Below the pieces are notes generated by a model. The model made no database searches, had not been told where the DNA came from, and saw nothing but the letters and a program-made list of their open reading frames with translations. The position numbers and the translations under genes are program-made. A stretch of DNA of 64,000 nt, from NCBI GenBank assembly GCA_001770205.1, contig MEQL01000039.1, forward strand, positions 10,787 through 74,786, in the 5' to 3' direction. This DNA is from Bdellovibrionales bacterium RIFOXYD12_FULL_39_22. Lineage in GTDB: Bacteria; Bdellovibrionota; Bacteriovoracia; Bacteriovoracales; Bacteriovoracaceae. Below are positions 53,401-59,763 of the stretch, in pieces. How positions within the stretch are numbered: position 1 is the stretch's first letter; every line of letters begins with the position of its first letter.

Positions 53401-56400
53401 GGCATATATCTCCTTTATTCAAAATGGAAAGATCATCAAATCATATTGGACAGAAAGAGATGAACAGATAAACAAAATAGAAATGCCCATAACCAGTCAG
53501 TTAAATGGCGGATTCACCTTACAAGTTTTTCATGTGCAAAAAAATCAAATTTACCTGCACAATGAATTTATAAATGTAACAAGGCCAGAAAAAGAGTTAG
53601 CAGTTAAAATTGAAACGATGCGAAGCAAATTACGTCCAGGAGAAAAAGATACTTGGGGCCTTAAGGTTTCTGGCCATAAGGCCTCGCTTCTGGCTGCGGA
53701 ACTAGTCGCAACCATGTACGATGCCTCTCTGGATGCATTTGCGCTGGCCAGCTTCCCGTCATTCGAAGGATTTTGGAATGATTCACTCAGCAACAATTTT
53801 TCTTCCGGACTCTTTGCCAAATCATTTATTCCTTTGCAAAACATAGAAATGCCGAGCGGATCGGTTTATCGCGAATATCCTCATTGGGAATACGACATAA
53901 TTAACCAATTCAGCTACCTATTTCCCTATGCAGACAAATATATGATGTTAGGGGGACGATCTAATGTGGTAAGGGCAGAACCAGCGGACGGTGTCTATCA
54001 AGACAAAGAAGGATCTATGATGGAAATGAAACAAAAAGTTGTTTCCAAAAGTATCGCTCCCATGGCCGCCGATCCCTCCACATCATCTCCTAAATTCGAA
54101 GGAATGATGGCCAAAAATGCGATCGAGGATGCAGCAACCAAGAAACCGAAGGTAGAGGTTGCCATCCGTAAAAACTTAAACGAAACCGCCTTTTTCTATC
54201 CACATTTACTCACTGACAAAAAAGGAAATGTTAAGATTGAATTTACTATGCCAGAAGCGCTGACTCGTTGGAAATTTATGGCCTTGGCCCACGGCAAAAA
54301 AAATGAATTGGGAACGGCCATGGCCGAAGTAGTAACTCAAAAAGAACTAATGGTAACTCCTCACTCTCCTCGCTTCTTACGTCAAGGAGATCATCTATAT
54401 TTTACCGCTAAGGTGGATAATCTCTCCGAAGAAGAACAACGGGGCGAAATTGTTTTAGAACTACAAGATGCTAGTAGTGAATTAGAGATTACCAAAAAAT
54501 TAATTTCTAATTATGCCAATCTTAAATTTACTATCCCCGCCAAAAAATCTGAGACCTTTTCTTGGCCCCTTCTTGTTCCAGACATTACTACTCCAATAAT
54601 TTACAAGGTGATGGCCATCGGAGATAAATTCTCTGACGGTGAGGAAGGCATAATGCCAGTTTTATCGCGCACCGTTTTTGTACAAGAGTCAATTCCATTA
54701 TGGATTTCCGATAAGGGCGAAAAAACTTTCACCTTTGATAAACTTATTAACTCTGAAAAATCCTCCTCCTTGAAACATGAAAAACTTGTTGTTCAAATGA
54801 CCTCCAATCCGGCCTGGTTTGCAGTACAAGCAATCCCCTATCTCCATAAAGGAGAATTTGAGTGTTCTGATTATATCTTCGAGCGCTTTTATGCTAACTC
54901 TCTTGGAAAAAAGATTGTTACTTCTAATCCTAAAGTAGAAAAAGTTTTTAAACAGTGGCGAGGAACTGCGGCGCTAAAATCCAATTTGCAAAAAGCAGAG
55001 AATTTAAAAAGAGTGAGCTTATCCGAAACACCTTGGGTGCAAGAGGCCAATAGCGAAGAAAAGGCAAAAAATGATCTAGGACTATTTTTTGAACAAAATA
55101 ATCTACAGAATGAATTGGCCGAGGCCTATTCGGAGTTAGAAAAAAGAGCATTGCCATCTGGTGGCTGGCCTTGGTTTCCTGGCGGTACACTTGATCATTA
55201 CACGACCCTATACCTAATAACGGGCTTCGCTAAACTCCGCCATCTCGGAGTTGATGTTAAAATGAATTTGGCCAATAGTGCAGTTGTCATTATTGATGAT
55301 TGGATCAAATCTATCTATGACAACATCCCACTTAAATATCGAGATGCTAATCATTACACTCAACTTATTGCCTACTATCTCTATGGACGCTCTTTTTACT
55401 TAGCAGAGATGCCAATTACTTCTAAGCATAGTGAGGCGGTAGATTATTTTAGAAAGCAGGCACGTCGCTACTGGACAAAACTTGATGCTCGCCTGAGCGA
55501 AGCAGATACGGCACTAGGGGCCTTTCGTTTCGGTGATAAAGATATTACTGAGGCCATAATAAAATCACTCCGCGAACGAGCTCTACATTCCGAAGAAATG
55601 GGAATGTATTGGGCCGATGAAGAGTGGGCCTACTGGTGGTATCGTGCCCCAATTGAGGCCCAGGCCAGGATTATTGAACTTATGCAAGAGGTAGTAAAAG
55701 AAAGTAAAGAGATTGATCAGCTTAAAGTCTGGTTGCTTAAGCAAAAACAAACTCAGAACTGGAAAACTTCTCGCGCGACGGCAGATGTTGTATATACGCT
55801 GCTGCTGGCCGGAAGCGATCTTTTAAGTAGCGACAAAATTGTGAATATAACCATGGGAAATAGCAAAATTAATCCAGGAAAAATAGAAGCAGGAACTGGT
55901 TTTTATGAAAAACGCTTTACCTCCTCTGAAATTAAGGCCCCTATGGGGGCCATCAAATTAACCAAAGAAGATAAAGGCATCGCCTGGGGCGGAGTATTCT
56001 GGCACTATTTTGAAGATATCTCCAAAATAACTCCACACAAAACACCTCTAAATATTAGGAAAAAACTTTTTGTTAAACGTAATACAAAAAAGGGGCCCAT
56101 ACTTTTTCCTCTTAATGCGTTAAAGTCTGGAGAAAAAATTAGCGTTGGCGAAACTTTAGTGGTACGCCTCGAACTAGTTGTTGATCGCGATATGGAGTAT
56201 GTTCACATGAAAGATATGCGTGGCACAGGAACAGAACCAATCAATGTATTATCTCACTGGAAATATCAAGACGGATTGGCCTACTATGAATCAACTAAAG
56301 ACACCGCCTCTCATTTTTTCTTTCAATATCTACCAAAGGGAAGCTATGTTTTTGAATATGATTTAAAAGTTTTTCACCGTGGTGAATACCAAACCGGAAT

Positions 56401-56473
56401 GGCAGAAATTCAGTGTCTGTATGCTCCCGAGTTTAGTGCTCACTCCGAAACCATACTATTGCAAACCCAATGA
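50414..56473 (+). CDS. Alpha-2-macroglobulin-family protein (2019 aa), no thioester motif
   Basis: MG-domain signatures TDRAIYRPGQRIYYKG and NETAFFYPHLLTDKKGNVKIEFTMPEALTRWKFMALAHG. The position equivalent to the thioester GC-x-EQ reads ECSDY (54863-54874). Signal peptide and a ~480-aa helical N-terminal extension. Alternative start at 50426. Confidence 0.8.
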   Translation: MRFFMKQFFILSGLFFLLTTSTMGSSGDLYKLLEKIQQAEEQKLPQTALDLASQLEKKSLAEKNKGFYLRAVAKRILNRSHIEGKAPKEKVKILRTEISKLPIEIRPIAQILLAKWFWHYYQQNIYKFASRTQTDGGLDPDDFTTWDLPKIFTEIRALLEAGLKNADDLKKKDLKEYEGAIVRGNIFSEDPLTMYEFALREMLDFMIAGISSLPAPEDKFEIDANSEAFASYANFINYHPKTTDSDSPLLRTISIYQDLLEYYQNAKLTNRFVDGEVNRLAFVYANAFGENKKEIFLKRLGEIEEKFSQYPSSSLASYQIASVYLAEGKLALALTSCEQAIKKHADSDGAILCGNIRANILAPTISVKIDSTINEANSTLNLKYKNIKKIYLRVVTDDWKQYLSRKWRDLDDRLDEKELSKLLAIPPTAEWSVDLEETKDYLEKEIDLKIPQLQNGHYRIFASTERQMEKHDSTSSALHHSSFWRTETMLLVKGMPTDSAGHNKVTGFVLNAKNGTPLSGQKINILQRNNSKEGIYEKIAEVRSDRDGKWEFRPRKNNNWEFYFHLESELGEQVYTNWIDQEYMQEKESDSRVIFFTDRAIYRPGQRIYYKGICYKYDQQTDNYGIKKCRSIPVALYDNNGQEIAKALKSANDFGSFSGDFIAPSNVLTGDMTIQSHAPAGSATFKVEEYKRPKFEVSLETPKKQFRLEENVTIKGSAISYAGAPLMDAKVKYRVMRGVKLPWWWFWANPYSAEQEISHGQVTSNTNGEFLVEFVAKPNKSVNKKFNPSFVYRLEVDVIDSTGETRSATTSVAVGYVAMQIMPSVESWLPANKEMKLSITTTTLDQAKVEASGVVEIHELIGPKEVARRPTNGEQHGWYWYWAMDEKQESKKNSQKKDLSNIENWPQGDVVVTSPFKSSDGQTDVLFKLKAGAYCAIVKSKDQFTNTIEEKVFFTVFPTKDDLDLKIPSLFSIKKNSLSAGDKLEAIWGTGHENTPAYISFIQNGKIIKSYWTERDEQINKIEMPITSQLNGGFTLQVFHVQKNQIYLHNEFINVTRPEKELAVKIETMRSKLRPGEKDTWGLKVSGHKASLLAAELVATMYDASLDAFALASFPSFEGFWNDSLSNNFSSGLFAKSFIPLQNIEMPSGSVYREYPHWEYDIINQFSYLFPYADKYMMLGGRSNVVRAEPADGVYQDKEGSMMEMKQKVVSKSIAPMAADPSTSSPKFEGMMAKNAIEDAATKKPKVEVAIRKNLNETAFFYPHLLTDKKGNVKIEFTMPEALTRWKFMALAHGKKNELGTAMAEVVTQKELMVTPHSPRFLRQGDHLYFTAKVDNLSEEEQRGEIVLELQDASSELEITKKLISNYANLKFTIPAKKSETFSWPLLVPDITTPIIYKVMAIGDKFSDGEEGIMPVLSRTVFVQESIPLWISDKGEKTFTFDKLINSEKSSSLKHEKLVVQMTSNPAWFAVQAIPYLHKGEFECSDYIFERFYANSLGKKIVTSNPKVEKVFKQWRGTAALKSNLQKAENLKRVSLSETPWVQEANSEEKAKNDLGLFFEQNNLQNELAEAYSELEKRALPSGGWPWFPGGTLDHYTTLYLITGFAKLRHLGVDVKMNLANSAVVIIDDWIKSIYDNIPLKYRDANHYTQLIAYYLYGRSFYLAEMPITSKHSEAVDYFRKQARRYWTKLDARLSEADTALGAFRFGDKDITEAIIKSLRERALHSEEMGMYWADEEWAYWWYRAPIEAQARIIELMQEVVKESKEIDQLKVWLLKQKQTQNWKTSRATADVVYTLLLAGSDLLSSDKIVNITMGNSKINPGKIEAGTGFYEKRFTSSEIKAPMGAIKLTKEDKGIAWGGVFWHYFEDISKITPHKTPLNIRKKLFVKRNTKKGPILFPLNALKSGEKISVGETLVVRLELVVDRDMEYVHMKDMRGTGTEPINVLSHWKYQDGLAYYESTKDTASHFFFQYLPKGSYVFEYDLKVFHRGEYQTGMAEIQCLYAPEFSAHSETILLQTQ

Positions 56474-56542
56474 TAAAGAAAACTCAACCTCGGATGATTT
56501 TGAAAAAAATACTAGGAAAAATTGTCTGGGGATATAGATATT

Positions 56543-57016
56543 TTATTCTACTGCTCGTCGTCTCCATGTTAGTTCTTTTTCACAAGTTTGTAGGTCGAAA
56601 AAAACTAATTGCTCAACAGCAAAGGGTTTGAAGTAATCTGCAAATAGGCGATCTTCTATTGTCGTACATGAAAAATGTTCAGGTATTTGTTTTGCTTCAG
56701 AAAAAATTGTTTTTTTGAATTCGCAATAATAACGATATTCTGTTAAAAATTTTAGTGTTCTACCCTCAATTTTACTGCAAACATTCTGAGCATCGATTGG
56801 TTCACTTTTAAATGTATATAATCCAATCAACTCATCGGGAGTATAATTTATAAGTTCAATATTAAGAGGACGATCGGTTTTGTCGTTTGCCTCGTTGTTT
56901 CCCATGCTTGCTGTCATTCGATCGGGATGACTTACCTGACCATGTTTTAAATTTGAGTTAGCACAAGAAACAAGCAACAGACCAATAACGAAAAAAATTG
57001 TATGATAGTATTGCAT
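56543..57016 (-). CDS. Lipoprotein, hypothetical (157 aa)
   Basis: MQYYHTIFFVIGLLLVSCAN contains a lipobox. 6 further Cys. No family recognised. Confidence 0.5.
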   Translation of the reverse strand: MQYYHTIFFVIGLLLVSCANSNLKHGQVSHPDRMTASMGNNEANDKTDRPLNIELINYTPDELIGLYTFKSEPIDAQNVCSKIEGRTLKFLTEYRYYCEFKKTIFSEAKQIPEHFSCTTIEDRLFADYFKPFAVEQLVFFDLQTCEKELTWRRRAVE

Positions 57017-57347
57017 ATTTTTGCTCCTTTAAAAACATTTTCGATTATAGATAGATTACATTATAATTCAGCTTTAAATTTAATGATAACTATTTTTGAA
57101 GGAAAAATGTTTCGGTTTTATTCTTTTGACAACCCCTTATCTCTCTTATCTTTAAAAAACTTTTCAAGTAGCGGTAACAAAATGACACTATTGATGCAAT
57201 GCGTGGGGCGCTCTGGCCATTTTCCTGTGTGTTTGATCCTATTCTGCAGCTTCTAACATATTAAAACTATTAACATAGTATATGGCAATAGTTTTGCTGA
57301 AGTGAAAAACACGGTCATAAGATCGAATTTTGCTTAGGGGGAAACTC

Positions 57348-58121
57348 ATGAATAAAAAATTTATTAAAAAGTTTGTTTTTGCTCTATTACTATCCTCTTT
57401 TTCTGTGTTGGCCCATGCAGAAATTGTACAACTCTCCGGCCAAATTGTTGATCAATCCTATAAATTACAACGGGCAGTAGAAGATATGCGCTACAGTCCA
57501 CAAGGAAATCGTCGAACTGCTCGCGCAGCAACGGTGGCACTACTTGAAATGGCAAATCGAATGTTAGGAGAACTTGATGGTGGATATAATCCAGGCCCAG
57601 GCCCTGCTCCTATCCCACCTACACCTCCATATCCGTATCCAGGCCCAAATCCAGGCCCTGGCCCATACCACCCACCAATGTTAAGAGTTTGTGCCCAAGA
57701 TTCTGTTGATCAGATGCAGGCCGCTTTTACAAAAATTAAAGCTTTTGCTTATTCAACCTCCGGACTGGATCTTACTAGCAGCGGTGCCGCAGATTTTGCA
57801 ACAACATGGAATGATCGTTATCCTTGCGTGGTGGCCGATGAATACATCGCTGACTTCCAAAAAATTAAAACTTTTGCTTATTCAACACGTGGATTGGATA
57901 TGAACACTAACGGGGCGATAGAATATGCTTCACGCAACATTGAAAAGCTTTGTGACAACTTTGATTTAGAGGGAGAATTCAGAAAACATTATGATTTTGC
58001 ATATTCCACCTCTGGCCTTGATATGACGAGTTCAAACGCTATTGAGTATGCACGAGGTAAAATAGAGCCGCGGGCCTTCTCTTGCAGAAATTTTAATCAA
58101 TTTGTACTTACTCGCAACTAG
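57348..58121 (+). CDS. Secreted protein: helical N-domain, Pro/Gly-rich linker, three Cys-delimited FAYST-GLD repeats
   Basis: ATG 57348 with AGGGGGA SD and signal peptide MNKKFIKKFVFALLLSSFSVLAHA. Linker is GGYNPGPGPAPIPPTPPYPYPGPNPGPGPYHPP. The three repeats share FAYST(S/R)GLD(L/M)(T/N)(S/T).(G/N)A.(D/E)(F/Y)A. Confidence 0.65.
   Translation: MNKKFIKKFVFALLLSSFSVLAHAEIVQLSGQIVDQSYKLQRAVEDMRYSPQGNRRTARAATVALLEMANRMLGELDGGYNPGPGPAPIPPTPPYPYPGPNPGPGPYHPPMLRVCAQDSVDQMQAAFTKIKAFAYSTSGLDLTSSGAADFATTWNDRYPCVVADEYIADFQKIKTFAYSTRGLDMNTNGAIEYASRNIEKLCDNFDLEGEFRKHYDFAYSTSGLDMTSSNAIEYARGKIEPRAFSCRNFNQFVLTRN
57690..58085 (+). repeat. Three tandem ~43-aa coding repeats bounded by four Cys
   Basis: Repeat 1: C-AQDSVDQMQAAFTKIKAFAYSTSGLDLTSSGAADFATTWNDRYP. 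Repeat 2: C-VVADEYIADFQKIKTFAYSTRGLDMNTNGAIEYASRNIEKL. Repeat 3: C-DNFDLEGEFRKHYDFAYSTSGLDMTSSNAIEYARGKIEPRAFS-C. Confidence 0.75.
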
Positions 58122-58145
58122 GTTGCTATCAAAAAAAAGAAATGG

Positions 58146-58174
58146 AAAGGGTGAGCTAGTCTCACCCTTTTTTT
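58146..58174 (+). terminator. Rho-independent terminator
   Basis: Perfect 10-bp stem AAAGGGTGAG (58146-58155) / CTCACCCTTT (58161-58170) with a 5-nt loop and a T-run to 58174. An A-run upstream could let it act bidirectionally. Confidence 0.8.
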
Positions 58175-58196
58175 ATGCAGCTTTAGTTTTATATGC

Positions 58197-58217
58197 CATA
58201 GGTGATCGGTATTTTAC
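58197..58217. repeat. Left copy of 21-bp perfect direct repeat CATAGGTGATCGGTATTTTAC
   Basis: Identical 21-mer at 59743-59763, with diverging flanks on both sides. Confidence 0.9.
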
Positions 58218-58315
58218 GCCAGAGGATTTTGAGTGATCATTTTTTGAAAAAGTTGCTTAACCTCGAGTCCGTTTTTGATGGGGGAAATCATGCCTAACCT
58301 ACAATTTTTTATAGA

Positions 58316-58344
58316 TTGACCTATAATTTCTTGTAGGATATACT
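58316..58344 (+). promoter_or_regulatory. Candidate sigma-70 promoter giving a leaderless ATPase mRNA
   Basis: TTGACC (58316-58321), N17, TATACT (58339-58344). The ATG at 58351 is only 6 nt downstream and no SD is present. Confidence 0.45.
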
Positions 58345-58350
58345 ACAAAA

Positions 58351-59493
58351 ATGAAAGAAATTGAGCTTTTCGCTGTTTCTTGTTTGTTTGATAGAATGAG
58401 TGAGGCAGCACCACTAATTCAAGTAATCCTCGGTCCAAGACAGATCGGCAAAACCACCACTATCCAACAGTTTTGCGAAAGACTAAAAAAAAAACCGTAT
58501 CATTCTGTTTCTGCAGAAGGAGTAGAATCACCATTTTGGATTTCTGAGCAGTGGCAAAAAGCAAAAGAGCACGACGCCATCTTAATAATTGACGAAATTC
58601 AAAAAGTTCCCAATTGGTCTGAGATGATCAAAAAATTATGGGATGAAGATAAAAAACGTCGCAAAAAAACAAAATGTATTCTTCTTGGCTCGAGCTCACT
58701 ATCTCTAAACAAAGGTCTCTCGGAAAGTCTCGCCGGAAGATTTGAGTTAATTCGAATGCATCACTGGGGAGCGCAGGAATCTAAAGACTTGGCCAAACTT
58801 TCCCTGGAAGATTTTCTTGTATATGGCGGATACCCTGGCTCATATCAATTTCTAAAACAAAAACAGCGGTGGGTTGAATTCATTCGCGGATCAATTATTG
58901 AATCGGTTTTAGGCAAAGATATTTTACTGCAAGCAAAAGTTAAATCCCCAGCACTTTTCAGACAGGCATTCTATTTATTGACTAGTTATCCCGCACAAGT
59001 TGTAAGCTACAACAAACTACTTGGACAACTCCAAGACAAGGGTAATATAGACCAGATTAAATACTATATAGAGCTGCTTGAATCTGCTTTTCTTATTAAA
59101 ACAATTCCTAAATATTCTGGAGGTGAATTAAGAAAAAAAATATCTTCTCCCAAAATTATCCCGATGGCACCAGCTCTATCAACGTTTGCCCGTCTTGGTC
59201 GACTTGATGACTATTTTATGGGACACGTCTTTGAGGCGGCCGTCGGAGCAGTACTTGTTAAAAACATGATCGACTTTTTTTACTGGGCCGATGGAATGTA
59301 TGAGGTTGATTTTGTGCTAGAGTACCAAAACAGTCTGATCGCCATCGAGGTTAAATCAGGAACCAACCGCACTTCAGTCAGCCTTGAGAAATTTGCTCGA
59401 AAATTTCCACAGGCAAAAGTTTTATTTATCGACAAAAGCAACTATCTAAACTTTTCCAATGACCCGTTTGCCGTTTTAAATCAACTCATCTAA
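58351..59493 (+). CDS. AAA-family ATPase with C-terminal DUF4143-like (COG1373) domain
   Basis: Walker A GPRQIGKTT and Walker B ILIIDEIQ. The C-terminal ...YWADGMYEVDFVLEYQNSLIAIEVKSG is the restriction-endonuclease-like tail typical of COG1373. Confidence 0.75.
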   Translation: MKEIELFAVSCLFDRMSEAAPLIQVILGPRQIGKTTTIQQFCERLKKKPYHSVSAEGVESPFWISEQWQKAKEHDAILIIDEIQKVPNWSEMIKKLWDEDKKRRKKTKCILLGSSSLSLNKGLSESLAGRFELIRMHHWGAQESKDLAKLSLEDFLVYGGYPGSYQFLKQKQRWVEFIRGSIIESVLGKDILLQAKVKSPALFRQAFYLLTSYPAQVVSYNKLLGQLQDKGNIDQIKYYIELLESAFLIKTIPKYSGGELRKKISSPKIIPMAPALSTFARLGRLDDYFMGHVFEAAVGAVLVKNMIDFFYWADGMYEVDFVLEYQNSLIAIEVKSGTNRTSVSLEKFARKFPQAKVLFIDKSNYLNFSNDPFAVLNQLI

Positions 59494-59745
59494 AACGACT
59501 AAGGACGTGTCCATGACAATTAATCCTGTCTTCGTTTTGGTCGCTGCAATTAGATTAACCACAGTTTGATAATCTACCAATGGTTTGCCTCTCCAGTTCA
59601 TGCTGATATAGGAGAAAAGCCTATGCTCTATTTTGTTCCATTTACTTGTTCCTGGTGGAAAATGGCAAACTGTTACCGCGAAGAGATCGGGCGCAATATC
59701 ACGAATAGCTATTGGTTGCCGGAAAGTTAAAATAGATTCCCTCAT
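59476..59745 (-). pseudogene. ISAzo13-family (DDE_Tnp_ISAZ013) transposase C-terminal fragment
   Basis: CHFPPGTSKWNKIEHRLFSYISMNWRGKPLVDYQTVVNLIAATKTKTGL matches the conserved end of this transposase family. Only ~85 aa remain, there is no catalytic N-terminal part, and it overlaps the ATPase 3' end. Confidence 0.65.
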
Positions 59746-59763
59746 AGGTGATCGGTATTTTAC
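59743..59763. repeat. Right copy of 21-bp perfect direct repeat
   Basis: CATAGGTGATCGGTATTTTAC. It contains the PBP1A stop codon (rc 59760-59762). Confidence 0.9.

Larger units (their letters stand above)
58197..59763. mobile_element. ~1.55-kb insertion bounded by 21-bp direct repeats (AAA ATPase cargo plus transposase remnant)
   Basis: The direct repeats bracket exactly the two genes that interrupt an otherwise convergent pair (57348-58121 with its terminator, and the PBP1A stop at 59760). One cargo ORF is an ISAzo13-like transposase fragment. Confidence 0.55.

Noticed and set aside
57017-57347. 330-bp non-coding region (with 84-aa ORF 57002-57256) as a possible riboswitch, sRNA or small gene
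   Set aside because: I recognised no conserved riboswitch core or stable extended pairing by eye. The ORF translation is hydrophobic and low-complexity with no SD. It needs covariance-model scanning before any claim.
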